A stretch of 64,000 nt of DNA, taken from the NCBI RefSeq assembly GCF_020745735.1, contig NC_083402.1, positions 8,384,004 to 8,448,003 of the forward strand. Direction: 5' to 3'. Shown here one piece after another: positions 23,780 through 37,454 of this stretch. The translations under genes and the position numbers were made by a program. Source of the stretch: Hemiscyllium ocellatum (lineage: Eukaryota). Each line of letters starts with the position of its first letter. Positions within the stretch are counted from its first letter, which is position 1. Below the pieces are notes generated by a model. The model saw only the letters and a program-made list of their open reading frames with translations. It ran no database searches and was not told where the DNA came from.

Positions 23780-25090
23780 GGGCATAAGGGAGTGTGGCAT
23801 TTACTTGTGAGTAAGGCAGACGAGCTGAGGGTGTAGGTTAATGAGTGGGGATGAGATATTGTTGTTATCACACAGACATGGTTGAGAGTGTGACAGGATT
23901 GACAGCACAATGTTCCGGGCTATCGAACTGTGAGATGAGGCATGTAGGGGGAGGGGGAATGTCAAAGAGAAGAGGGTGTTGCAATATTGATGAAGGAGTT
24001 AATCACTGACATAAGATGGATGATATCTTAGAATGTTCCTGAAATGAGGTCACATGGTACAATGTAAAAACAAACCCCCATCACAACACTCTGTCTCTTA
24101 CCATCAAGCAAACTTTGTATCCAACTGGCATTCTCTCCCTGAATCCCATGCCACCTAACTTCACTAATTAGTCCACCATGTGGATCTTTGACAACAGCTT
24201 TACACAAGTTCATGTAAACAATATCTCCCCCTCTGCCCTCACTGGTCTTTTGGTTACATTTTCAAAATCTCAGTCAAGTTTGTGACACATGATTTCCCCT
24301 GCACAAAGCCACTTTTATGTTTTTCAAGACCTCCAACACTTCCTCTTCAGTAAAGTGAATTGCTTTCAAGACATTAATATTTATTTGCTCGAGTTGCCTT
24401 GCGTCAATTTCTTTCTCCACAGTAAAAACTGATGCAAAATATTTGTTTAGGATATCTCCCCCCTCTCCTCTGGTTCTACACATAGATGACCTCATTGATC
24501 TTGAAGAGGCCCTATTCCCTCCCTGGATGCTCTCTGGTTTCTAATGACTTCGTAGAATACCTTTGGCTTATCCTCAGCCTTATCTACTGAGGTTATCTGA
24601 TGTCGACTTTTTGCCCTCCTGATATCCCTCATAAGAATGCCCCGATCACCCTTATATTCTTCAAGTTGTCTATACCTAATACATGACTCTTTCATATTCT
24701 TAACCAGAGCCTCAATATATTTATTCATCCATTGTTCCCTCATCTTACTGGCCTTACCCTTCACTCTAACAGGAGCACAGTGTCTCTGAATCCTTGTTAT
24801 TTCACTTGCCAATCATCCCTTCACCTGTTACCCTATTGTTCAAGGGTGGTAGTGATAAACCAGGAGAGTACAAGCCAGTGAGGCCAACATCAATGGTGGG
24901 GAAAATATCGGAAACAATTCTGAGGGACAGAATGAATCATTACTTGGAGAGACAAAGGTTAATCCAGGATATTTAGCATGAGTTTGTAAAGGAATTTGAT
25001 TGAATTGGATTTGATGGAATTTTAGAGGAGGTGACTAGGTCTGAAAATGAGAATAATATAGTTGATGTTGTGTACATTGACTTCAGTAAG
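23780..25090. mobile_element. Stack of CR1 fragments in alternating orientation
   Basis: GIQGENASWIQS (-), DILNKYFASVFT (-), KPGEYKPVRPTS (+) motifs. Confidence 0.8.
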
Positions 25091-25619
25091 CTTCACTTAA
25101 GGATGTCTCACTCAACTGAATCTCAGCATTTTCACCAGATAGGATTCTCTCTGTCTCTCTATGAAATGCATTAACATAAACTAACTCATTGACTTTTTCT
25201 CTCCCTCCTCATTTGAGTACTGAAACAGCTTCAGACTTATTTTCAACGCTGAAGTTCTGGAGATTTTATTACAACTCTCAACCTGGAGACATTCGGAATT
25301 TTTTCAAACAACTATTCTTCCAACTTCTCTTCTTCTGAACTCAGCTGACTGGTGGTACTCAAGGATCTGTTTGTATCGACTGTAAACCTCACCTTGGTAA
25401 ATATTCAGCAATGAACTCTCCAGGTCACTTATCTCCAGGACACTTTCTCAGTGTCTTTACTTCACTGTTCCAGATCACATTCTGACCCTTTGTTTCAAAT
25501 GAACAAGTCACTTTCACAGAACTGAAACCAAAAACCTCTTTTCACTCCACTTTTGATTCCACATTCTGAATGAACAATAATATTTTTGTTCATCCCACTG
25601 TGCCCTCTAGTTCTTGATC

Positions 25620-25760
25620 CCTTCATGAGTGGGTACGGTCTCTATCTACCTACACTATCCTGAGCCTTTATGAGTGGGTACGGTACCTCTCTATCTACAC
25701 TATCCTGAGCCTTCATGAGTGGGTATGGTGTCTCTCTATTGACACCATCCTGTTCTTTCA
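25620..25760. repeat. 45-bp minisatellite, 3 copies
   Basis: ctt(c/t)atgagtgggta unit starts at 25621, 25666 and 25711. Confidence 0.85.
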
Positions 25761-26999
25761 TGATTTGGAACATCTCAATCAAACCTTCCCTCAGCCTTCC
25801 CTTTGGCCCAAATCCATTCTGACCTCAGTTATTCTGATGTCTCCAATTGTGAAATTCAAGGGGAAATATTCTATCCACTCTATCTAACGATTGCATGATT
25901 TGGAATATCTCTTTTCAATTATCCCTTTGTTATGTTCTTCTCTTCGATGCAAAAATAACAGGCACACACAGGATCAGTGTGTATGTGACACAATAATGTG
26001 TGTTTGTATATGAAGGGAATATTTTGATTGACTGGGATGTGATCTTTATTGTCAATCGGACTTTGATTTTGCTGCTTCAGACTGTCTAACAAGTCATGGG
26101 GCTGACCCATCATATGCTGATGAAGGATGTAATGATTGGCAGCAGTTTAAGGTGTATGTTGTCACAACATCTCCTATGTAATAAAGTGTTAGAATTGACT
26201 CTCAAACTTCTCTTAAAGGGCCATCCAGTGAATTAGGATCCATTAATGATGACAACCTCTCGTAGAGTCCTGTGTAGGCTGAAGGCGAAACCTAATGTGA
26301 CTTGAACCCAGAGCTTCTTGAAGCAGGGACATTCCCCACTGCACCACAACAATGTCCTACATATTGAACAGGACATAAGCTCAATGTCAAGATCACTTAG
26401 CTCACCAAGACCATAATACTGACTCCCCGTGACAACCCAGCAATCCTCCCTCCCTTACGGCCCGATAGGTAACAGTGCTGAAGCCAGAGGCAGCTAAACC
26501 CAACGACATCGGAAAAGCTTCAAAAAAAGATTGACATGAATTGTACGAGATTGGAGTGGTTTACTAGGAGATTCCATGAGGGAAGATTATTGCTACAAAA
26601 CCACATATTGAAGCTGTGAAGAAAGACCGGAACAAGGTCATTGCTCAGTATTGTACTGAAAAGTGAAGATTCTGTGTGATTCACTCAAAACAACTGACTG
26701 CCAATACTGGGGGTGCAATGGCAGAGTTGTCTTGTCAGGAGGCTATAAATCTAGAGATCCAGGTCATTTTCTGGGGTAATGGAGTTCAAAGCCCTCCATA
26801 GTAGAGTTTCATTTTTTTAAAAATCTGGAATTAAGAGTCTCATGATGACCATAAACTCTTGGGAAGGAAATTTGTTCTTCTTATCTGGTTGGTTCACATT
26901 GCTTAATGATGGAAAAGGAAACATTGCTATCAGCTCTTCAAAACTTTGAAATTTATGTCTGATATGGAATTAATGAGACAATAGTTTTTGCTAATTATA

Positions 27000-28790
27000 A
27001 TCCGCTTATCTTTGTAGAAAAGCTTAAAGATAAGATTTCAGGTTATACAGATGGAGCTTAGATCTGCAGATGGAGAGGTGCCAGAAGACAGGAGGAAAGC
27101 CATGATTCAAGAAGTGAGCAAGGGATTAACCAGGTATCTACAGGCCAGTCAGTCTAACCTCGGTGGTTGGGAAACTATGGAAGCAATTCTGAGGGGCAGA
27201 ATTCATCTACGCTTCAGAGGTGGAGATGGATCAAAAACAGACAGAATGGTTTTGTTAAGGAAAGCGAGGCAGAAAATGGGATACGATAGGCTGTTTAGCC
27301 TGACCTCGGTTATTTGAAAGATTTTACAGTCCAACATTAAGAACGAGATTGTGGAGAAGAACAAGTTCTTGAGGAGGTGATAAGACAGGTCGACAAAGGT
27401 CAAGCAGTTGATATGGTGTATATGGACTTCAGCAAGGCATTTGATAAGCTTCCACATAGTAGGCTCATTCAAAATGTCAGGAAGTATGGGATACAGGGAG
27501 ATTTGTCTATTTGGATTCAGAATTGGTTGGCTAACAGAAGGCAGAGTGAGGCTGTCGATGGAAAGTATTCTGCCTGGAAGACAATGATGAGCGGCGTCCC
27601 ACTGGGCTCTGCTCTTTGTAGTTTTAAAAAATGACTTGGATGAGAAGGTTGTGGGGTGGGATAGTAAATTTGCAGTTGACATAAAGTTTAGAGGTGCCGT
27701 TGATAATATTGAGGGTTATTGCAGGCTGCAGCGCGACATAGACAGGATGCAGATCTGGGCTGAGAAATACAAGGAGTTCAACCTGGATAAATGTGAAGTG
27801 ATGCATTTTGGAAGGTCAAAATCGAATGATGAATATAGGATTAAAGACAGGATTCTTGGCAGTGTAGAGGAACAGAGGGATCTGGGTGTGCAAGCACAAT
27901 GATCCCTCAAAGTTGCCACCCAAGTGGATAGGGTTGTTAAGAAAGCATATGGTGTTTCGGCTTTCATTAACAGGGGGATTTAGTTTAAGAGCCGTAAGAT
28001 TTTGCTACAGCTCTACAAGTCCCTGGTGACACTTGGAATATTGTGTCCAGTTCTGGTCGGCCTACTATAGGAAAGATACAGAGGCTTTGGAGAGGGTGCA
28101 AAGAAGGTTTACCAGGATGCTGCCTGGACTGGAGAGCTTGCCTTATGAAGAAAGGTTGAATTAGCTCGGACATTTCTCTCTGGAGAGAAGGAGGACGAAA
28201 GGAGACCTGATCGAGGTGTACAAGATAATGAGATGATTTGGAGATGCCGGTGTTGGACTGGGGTGTACAAAATTAAAAATCATACAACAACAGTTTATAG
28301 TCCAACGGGTTTAATTGGAAGCACACTAGCTTTCGGCACGATGTTCCTTCACCTGATCACTTGATGAAGGAACGTCGCTCCAAAAGCTAGTGTGCTTCCA
28401 GTTAAACCTGTTGGACTATAACCTGGTGTTGTGTGATTTTTAAGATAATGAGAGGAATAGATAGAGTCAATAACCAGAGACTTTTCCCCAGGGCATGATT
28501 GACTGGTACGAGGGATCTTAGTTATAAGATGTTAAGAGAAAGATATTGAGAAGATGTCAGAGGTAGGCTCTTTACACAGAGAGTTGCGAAAGCAAGGAAT
28601 GCATTGCCAGCAGTGGTGGTGATGGAAGCAGAGCCATTAGGGACATTTACGTGATTGCTGGACATGAACATGCATAGCCGTGAGTTGAGGGGTGTGTAGT
28701 TTACGTTAGGATTAAACATTGGCACAACATCGTGGGCCGAAGGGCCTGTTCTGTGCTGTACTTTGTTATGTTCTATGTTCTAAGTTCTAA
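27000..28790 (+). mobile_element. CR1 LINE RT region and 3' tail, split by a palindromic insertion
   Basis: VDMVYMDFSKAFDKLPH, LQRDIDRMQIWAEK motifs and (gttcta)n tail near 28785. Confidence 0.9.
28234..28441. mobile_element. Palindromic mini-Penelope pLTR (AGCU-hammerhead family)
   Basis: Fold-back centred near 28355. 12-bp TSD aagataatgaga at 28222-28233 and 28442-28453. Confidence 0.85.
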
Positions 28791-29950
28791 GTACAGTTGG
28801 CAGTTCAGAAAACAAATGCAATGTTAACATTACATCCGAGAGGGTGTAAATACAAGGCTAGGGGGTGTATTGCCTATGCTGTATAAGGCTATATCTGGCC
28901 AGACCACATTTGGAATATTGACAGCAGTTTTGGGCCCCATATCTGAGGATGGAGCTGTTGGCATTGGAAGAGATCAAGGAAGTTACAAGAATGACCCAGG
29001 GGACTAAGACTTGTTATGATGAGTACAGATTCTGGGTCTGTACTCAAGGGAGTTTAGGAGGATGAGGGGGATCTGATTGAAACTTACAGAATACTGATAG
29101 GCCTGGGTATCATGAACGTGAAGATGTTTCTACTCGGGGGAGAGATGAGGACCCAGGGGCACAGCCACAGAGTGCAGGGTTAGATTTGAGATGGGGAAGA
29201 ATTTCTTCAGTTTGTGCTGAGAACTCATTACAACTCATTGCTGCAGAGGGCTGTGGAGGCCAAGTCATTGAGTGTATTTCTGACAGGGTTCTTGATCAGT
29301 CAGGGGTTCAAGGGTGTTATGGGGAGAAGGCAGAGAATGTGTTTGAGGAACATATCAGCCATGATCACAAACAGAGCAGACTTGATTGGTCAAATGGCTT
29401 AGTTCTACTCCAATCTCCTACGGTCTTATATCTAACCAACAGAACTGAATTTGTTTGAAGCCAAGACCAGGTGTGCAGATGAGGCAATGATTTTGATGTT
29501 GTCTACTCAGACTTCAGCAAGGCTTTTATCAATCTCCACATGGGAGACTGATAGCAAAGGTCAGAGCCCACGGGATCCAAGGACATTTGGCAAATTGGAT
29601 CCACAATTTGCTGACTGGCAGGAAGTAGAAGATGAAGGATGAGGGACCTTTATCCGACTGGATGTTTGTGTTCACTGGGGGCCCACCGGGGTAGGTGTTG
29701 GGACCCTTGTTGTCTGTGGTTTATATCAATGATATAAACTTATATGTAGGCAGATTGATTAACAAGTTCACAGAGGATAAACAACTTGCTGGGGTGATAA
29801 ATAATGAAAAGCATAGCCTTTGGCAGAAAGAAACTATTTACAGGCTGGTCATGAGGTATATGAGGGCAAGTGCTGGATAATCAGATTAGAATAGATAGGT
29901 GACCAGCACAGATTCAAAGGGCGGAATGGCCTTCTGTGCTGTTAACTTCT
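28790..29950 (+). mobile_element. Old CR1 3' fragments
   Basis: LARPHLEY-type and LGPLLSVVYINDI motifs. Confidence 0.75.
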
Positions 29951-30169
29951 ATAAGCTGATCACCATGTAACTCTAAATTATCTGCCATTTCCCTGTTCCA
30001 TGTTCTAAATTCCCAACTTTTTCCCTCACGCAGTTCCACAATTATTTTCTTTCTCTGTACATGCTCAGAGCAACGATTGCTGTTAGTTTTCCTAATGCTT
30101 GTCCAGTTACTGTCATCCCAATTCTCTCCACCTTTACGATCTTTATTGGCATCTGCAGTTGGTTTAGAA

Positions 30170-32330
30170 TCACAGAATCAGACGGTGCAGAAGTGGCCCA
30201 TTAAGACTGGACCACCAAAATATATCCTACCAACACAAGTCCCACTTTCCTGCACTCAGCCAATAGCCTTGAATGTTATGACACCACAAGTTTTCATCCA
30301 AATAATTTTTACAAGTTGTGGGTTTTCCTGCCTCAACTACCCTCTGAGGCAGTGCATTCCAGAGTTCCACCACACTCTGGGTAAAATAGCCTTTCCTCAA
30401 CTCCCCTCCAAACCTCCTGCCTTCACTTCAAAATGGTGCTCCTTGTTATTGACCCTTCAACTAAGGGGAATAGCTGCTTTATATTCACCTGACCATACCC
30501 CTCATAATCTGAGAAACCTTGATCAGTCCCCCCTCAACCTTCTCTGTTCCAAAGAATACAGCTCAGGTTTATCCAGCCTGTCTTCACAGCTGGACTGGTC
30601 TATCCCAGGAACATCCTGGTCAGCCTCCTACAGTGCGGTCACATCCTTCTGATCATGTGGTGACCAGAACTGCTCACCCTATTCCAGCTGTGACTAAACC
30701 AAACTTCTGTACAGCCACAACATGACCTCAGTGCACCTATAATATATGCTACAAGTGATAAATGCAAGTCGCCCATATGCCTTCATAACTCCCTGTCAAC
30801 CTCTCCTGCCATCTTAAAGGGATCTGCAGACAAACACAACCAAGAATTCCCTGGTCATCTGAGCTTGCTAGTATTCTCATTCATTGGCTACTCCCTTGTC
30901 TTGATCCTTCTTCTGAAGTGTGTCACCTCAAATTTGTAAGGGTTAAATTCCATTTGCCATTGATCTGCCCATCTTATCAATCCATTTGTATCCTCCCATA
31001 ACCTAACAGCTCTCTCCTCACTGTCAACTACCCAGCCAATCTTTGTCTCATCCACAAATGTACAAATCATTCCCCTAACATGCCCATCCACATAAATTAT
31101 GAACATCACAAACAATGAAGGACCCAGCATTGATCCCTGTGGTACACAAGTGCACACCAAGCTCTAGTCACACAAACATTCTTCAATCACCATCCTTTGT
31201 CTCCTGTCCTTGAGCTAATTTTGAATCCAACTTCCCAAATTACCTTGGATCAGACAAGTGTTTGCTTTCTTTATCAGTTTCCCAAGTGGAACTTTCCCAA
31301 AGACCTTGCTGAAATCCATATGAAAAACATAACTGCCCTACTCTCATCCAAACACTTGGTCACCTCCTCAAAATATTCCACCAGGTTTGTAAGGCATGCC
31401 CTCCCTCTGACAAACCCACACTGACTATCCCTGATTAAAACTTGTTTCTCAAAATGGAGATTAATCCCCTACTTCACTGTTTCCATCAGTAATTTCCCTA
31501 ATACTAATGTTACACTCACTGTCTATAGTTCCCTGTTCTATCTCTGCCAGTCTTCTTGTCAAGTGGAACCACTGGCTGTTGTCCAATCCTCTAGTATCTC
31601 CCTGTCGCCAGAGACAATTTACTGTTTTGGATCAGAACCCCTGTAATTTCTTCCCCCATCTCCCACAGGAGGCTGATATACAACTGCCCTTGGTGATTTA
31701 TCCACTTTTACAAAGCCAGAACCAACAATATCTCCTCACTTTATATATCAATCTGCTCAGGAGCTTCACAGTCAATCTTCTTGAATACTTTACTCCAGGG
31801 TAAGGTCAGATGTAAAATATTCACTTAACCCTCTACCATTGTCCTCCAGCTGCATGTACAGGTTGCCCCCTTGGTCCCTAATAGGCCTGACTCTCTCCCC
31901 AGTTATTCTCTTCCCCTTGATACACTTGTAGAATTCTGGGATTCTCCCTCATCTTTCCCGCCAGTGTTTTCACAGAATTCTCTTTGCTCTCCTATTGCTT
32001 TTTGAGACCCCCCTGAACTACCTGCACTCCCCTCGGGTCTGTGTTGTTTTACCCATTTCATACCTGTTGTACGGCTCTCTATTCCTTTTTATCCAGTTTT
32101 GAGTATTCCTTGGCATTTCTGGTTCTCTGGTCTTGTTATTCTTACATTTCACAATTTCTAAAACAATGTCTCGACCCTCTGGCCTCGCACTGGATTTTCT
32201 GTTTGACGTATGTTAGTTTTTGTTTGGATACTCTCCTTGACCATCTTTGTTCACCTCAGGTAGTTTCTCCGTCTCATCAACTTTTTCAGAATAAATTCAC
32301 ACTCAGCTTTGGGAAATCGCAATTTTAATG
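30170..32330 (-). mobile_element. Degenerate CR1 LINE ORF2
   Basis: VPQGSMLGPSLFVMFI..RWADQWQMEFN (30888-31160) plus upstream ORF2 remnants. Confidence 0.85.
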
Positions 32331-32569
32331 TCTGTCATCGGTCACCTTACTTTCTACTTTCCCCATTCCCTGAACTGATTCCACATCATGAACTCTTGTA
32401 CTTGTATCACTCCTCATCACCACACTGATACCCTCCTTTATTAACAATGTGACCCCAACTCCTTTCACTTTTTGACTGTTTTTCCAGACAGAGATAAAGA
32501 GCCCAAAGTTGAAATTTTTTAACTTTATTTGTTAAGCTGCTGTTAATTTCTACTACATCTTTAAAACGT

Positions 32570-35500
32570 AGAACACAGAACAATACAATGACATACAGGC
32601 CCTTCGGCCCTCAATGTTGCACCAACCTGAAGCCCATCTAACCTACACTATTCCATTATCATCCATATATTTACCAATAACCATTTAATAGCCCTTAAAG
32701 TTGGTTAGTCTATTACTGTTGCAGGTGGGGCATTCCATGCCCTTCCTACTCTCTGAGTAAAGAACCTACCTCTGACATCTGTCCTCTATCGATCAACTCT
32801 CAGTTTAAAGCTATGTCCCCACGTGCTAGCCACCACCATCCGAGGAAAAAGACTCTCACTGTCTACCTTATCTAATTCTTTGATCATCTTATATTCTCTA
32901 TTAGTCACCTCTCAACCGTCTTCTCGCTAACGAAAACAGCCTCAAGTCCCTCAGCCTTTCCTCATAAGACCATACCAGGCAATATCTTCGTAAATTTCCT
33001 CTGAACCCTTTCCAAAGCTTCCACATCCTTCCTACAATGTACTGACGAGACCTGTATGTAATACTCCAAGTGTGGCCGCACCAGAGTTTTGTACAGCTGC
33101 AACATGACCTCTTGTTCTGAAACACAATCTCTCTCCCAATTAAAGCTAACACACTGTAAGCCTGCTTAAAAAACCTATCATCCTGGGTGGCAACTTTCAG
33201 CGATCAATGCACATGGGCATCGAGATCTCTCTGCTCATCCACATTACCAAGAATCTTACCATCAGCCCAGTACTCTGTATTCCTATTACTCCTTCCAAAG
33301 TGAATCACCTCACACTTTTCCACATCAAACTCCATTTGCCACATTTCAGCCCACCTCTGCAGCTTATCTATGTCCCTCTGTAACCTATAACATCCTTCAG
33401 CACTGTACACAACTCCTCTGACTTTAGTGCCATCTACTTACCCACCCTTCTACACCCTCATCCAAGTCATTTATAAAAATGACAAACAGTAGTGGCCCCA
33501 AAACAGATCCTTGGAGTACACCACTACTAATTGAACACCAGGATGAACATTTCCCATCAACCACCTCCCTCTTTCTTCTTTCAGCTAGCCAATTTCTGCT
33601 CCAAACTGCTAAATCACCCTCAAGCCCATGCCTCCGTATATTTTGCAATAGCCAACCATGGGGAACTATATAAAACGCTTGACTGAAATCCATATATACC
33701 ACATCAACCACTTTATCCTCATCCACCTGTTTGGTCACCATCTCAAATAACTCAATAAGGTTTTGAGGCATGACCTACACTTCACAAAAACAGTGTTGCC
33801 TATTCCTAATCAATTTATTTCTTTGTGGATGATTATAAATCCTATCTCTTATAATCCTTTCCAACATTCACTCACACCCAAAGTCAGGCTCACTGGTCTA
33901 TAATAACCAGGTTATCTCTATTCCCCTCTTGAACAAGGGGACAACTGTTGCTATCCTCCAGTCTTCCGGCACTATTCCTGTAGACAATGATGACATAAAG
34001 ATCAAAACCAAAAGCTCTGCAATCTCCTTCCTGACTTCCCAGAGAGTCCTTGGATAAATCTATCTATTTATCTATTTCCACACTTTCTCGCATTGCTAAC
34101 ACCTTCTCCTAATGATTTCCCAGTTTGGATCAGACATTGGCTCACTGGAAGAAGACAGAGGATAGTGGTTGATGGGAAATTTTCATCCTAGAGTTCAGTT
34201 ACTAGTGGATGTACCGCAATGATCAGTTTTGGGGCCACTGCTGTTTGTCATTTTTATCAATGACCTGGATGAGGGCATAGAAGGATGGGCTAGTAAATTT
34301 GCAGATGACACTAATGTCAGTGGAGCTGTGGACAGTGCAGAAGAGTGTTGCAGATTACAGAGGGACAAAGATAAGCTGCAGAACTGGGCTGAGAGGTGGT
34401 AAATGGAGTTTAATGTGGAAACGTCTTGTCTAATAGTCTGCACCTCAGTATTCTCCTCGACAACAATGTCTTTTTCCTGTGTGAATACTTTGATTAGATT
34501 AGATTCCCTACAGTATGGAAACAGGCCATTTGGCCCAACATGTCCACAGCAACACTCCGAAGAGTAGCCCACCCATACACATTTCCCAACCCTATATTTA
34601 CCGATGACCAATGCACCGAACACAATGGGCAATTTAGCATGACCAATTCACCTGACCTCTCCATTCTAAGAATATGAGAGGAAACTGGAGCACCCAGAGA
34701 CAACCCACACAGACACGGGGAGAATGTGTAAACTCCACACAGGCAGTCGCCTGAGGTGGGAATCGAACCCAGGTCCCTGGCGCTGTGAGGCAGCAGTGCT
34801 AACCACTGAGCCACTGTGACACCCAGACGAAGCATATTAATTTAACGCCGCTCCTATCTCTTCAGATTCCACACACAACTTCCCACTACTGTCGTTGACT
34901 TGCCCTAATCTTTCTGTTGTCATCTTTTTATTCCAGATACACTGAAAGGAAGCTTTAGGGGTTCCTTGATCCTACCTGCCAAAGAGTTCTCATGCCCCCT
35001 CCTGACTCTTCTTAGCTCTCTCTTTTGGTCCTTCCTGCCAACATCAAGTAACAATCAAGTGCCCTATCTGAGTCTCCCATCACATCTTTCCATCAGTCTC
35101 CTTCTTCCTCTTGACAGGAGCTTCAACTTCTTTCATAAATCATGGTTCCTTCACTGAACCACGTCCTCCCTGCCTGACAGGGACATACTTATCAAGGACA
35201 CGCAGGAGCTGTTCCTTGAACAGGCTCCACATTTCAATTGTGACCATCCCCTGCAGTTTCGTTCCCCATCTTATGCTTCATAAATCTTGCCTCATTGCAT
35301 CATAACTGCCTTTACCCCAGCTATAACTCTTGCCCTGCAGCATATACCTGCACCTTTCCATCACTAAAGTAAACTTAACTGAATTGTGGTCACTGTCACC
35401 TAATCTAACAGCTGGCCCAGTTTATTGCCCAGTACCAAATTCAATGTTTCTCTGTACATCTCCTACTCTTTCCCATCACACTTTGATTATCATTCACCCC
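32570..35500 (-). mobile_element. CR1 LINE with nested plus-strand CR1 fragment (about 34120-34425) and SINE
   Basis: Tail at 32570. RT ORFs 33204-33410 and 33424-33771; ORF2 continues past the insertions to about 35500. Confidence 0.85.
34491..34825 (-). mobile_element. HE1/V-SINE
   Basis: Same tail, V-domain and boxes as the other copies. Confidence 0.9.
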
Positions 35501-36373
35501 TTCAATACCCTGCATTATCTGCTCTCTCTTTTTTTTTGATTGGTTGACAGGAAAACTAATAAAACATGGATAATTATGAGTGCTCAGATAGGATAGGGAA
35601 GAAGGTCCTTTCTTCATTCATACTGTGGTCAGTAAACAGGAAAGATAGATTTAAGGTCAGAGATAGAGGGTGAGAGGAGACTTAACAGATTCTTCCTCAT
35701 GTAGAGGTTAATAAGAGTCTGGAACTCACTGCCTGAAAGGGCGGTTGAGTTATAAACTCTGGTAACATTTGTACTTCAATGTTCATTTGCATTTCTATTT
35801 GCCTCTTCAGTAGCCTGCACCTCTGCTCTGTCATTTCTATTTTTCCGAATCCCTGCAGTGTGAAAACAGGAGATTTGACCCAACAAATCCACATTGACCC
35901 TCTGAACAACATCCCTTTTTGATTTTCAAAATTCCCTCCAACTGAATCCCACCTCCCAACGTGATCTCCACCCCACTAATTACATTAAAGCCCTCAATAA
36001 GTTGGTTAAGAAGGCTTTTAGATGGAGAGCTGCAAAATGGGAGAAGTAGAGTGAGATCATCGTTGACTGATACAGACATGATCACCCAAAATGGCCTCCT
36101 TCTGCACTGTAAATGTCTAAGGTTGATGAGTCTACAAGGAAAACATGAAGGAATAAATCATCACGCTCGGAATAGTCAATTGTCACTGCTTTCATTTTTG
36201 ATAAAACAAATGATTTCTCCCTGATGAAGAAACCGCAGTGAAGGAAAAGGCACATCGTGCTGAGCAGTAACAGTTTGGGAACTAAATACCAGACAGCAAA
36301 CAGACCATCAAGGAGGAGGCAATTCCATGATGAACAAAGTGGATTTGAAAGGTCAGTATTAGAAAGTACTTAC

Positions 36374-36403
36374 TGTGACCCCGTACTGAGACTGACAGCA
36401 GGA
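36374..36403 (-). other. Candidate 30-nt microexon of unknown role
   Basis: ctctctctgtttgtctttctgcag|30 nt|gtaagt, consensus splice signals in non-repeat DNA. Confidence 0.5.
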
Positions 36404-36849
36404 CTGCAGAAAGACAAACAGAGAGAGACCTCATCGTTAATATTTCACCATTTCATCCTTCTCACTCACTTACTCTTGTCCTTTTACAGAAGTTACTTGA
36501 CTTCCTGCCAAATAAATGTGAGGCAATCATACACGATACGAACAACAAACGGGAAGTCCATGTACGGTCAGTAGGAGCTGAGAGAATGACAAAGCTATTC
36601 TAAAACAGAGGCACCAACCACAGCAACCGTTCAGAAAAAGCTTCCAACACAATTCTCAAAATCATCAACTTCAGCATCAAACACTCCGTGAGCTGGGGCA
36701 GGACAGTGTTAAAGACAGAGTAAAGCTCTTTCAGCACTGTCTCCATCAAACACTCCCAGGACAGCCACAGCTCAGGGTTGGATCCAGAGTAAAACTCCTT
36801 CTACTTTTTAAAATTGAAATTAACCAGAAGGAAAGCACCTTTACATTGT

Positions 36850-37445
36850 CCCCCCGAATGGGTACAAAGACTCAGGAGGCAGACAGGATCCAGGCACGTG
36901 GCCAATGTTTATTCAAGTAAAAACCAGTTCGTGCAGGGAGATGACCAAAGGGCCCTTTCTCATACACCCGCTCTCTCTCAGACACACACACACACATACA
37001 CTCCCCACACTCACAACCAAGCACAAATCCTCTCACAGGCTTATACACTGTCACACTCACACAGACTACCAAGTACGCACACATGCAAACACACACTCTC
37101 AAGCACTCACATTCACACCCACACATACACACTCAAGTGCAAACACTCACACTCTCTCGTTCTCTCTCTCTCTGTCCCTCACATGCTCACACACATTTAT
37201 ATTGGGTGAATGTGAATTTGCAAAAGTGCAGGAACATTCCATTTTGTCAAAAAGTCCACAACTGCAGGCAGTCAATGCAGGCAGCTAATCCATGTAACAT
37301 TTTATAAATTCCTACTTTGGAAATAGAACCAGTCTGACTCAAGATTGGAATACAGACAGACTCTAACCTCGCACCTTTAATGCATTAACTGAACTAAGAT
37401 GTCACCTTTTACTCTAAAAGTGTAAGTTATCTCAAGAATGTGATT
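36850..37445 (+). mobile_element. Penelope-like 3' fragment with CA-rich UTR
   Basis: Related to 13476-14030 (CA-rich UTR followed by gtgaatttg...gcattaactg). Confidence 0.65.
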
Positions 37446-37454
37446 TTTTTTAAC

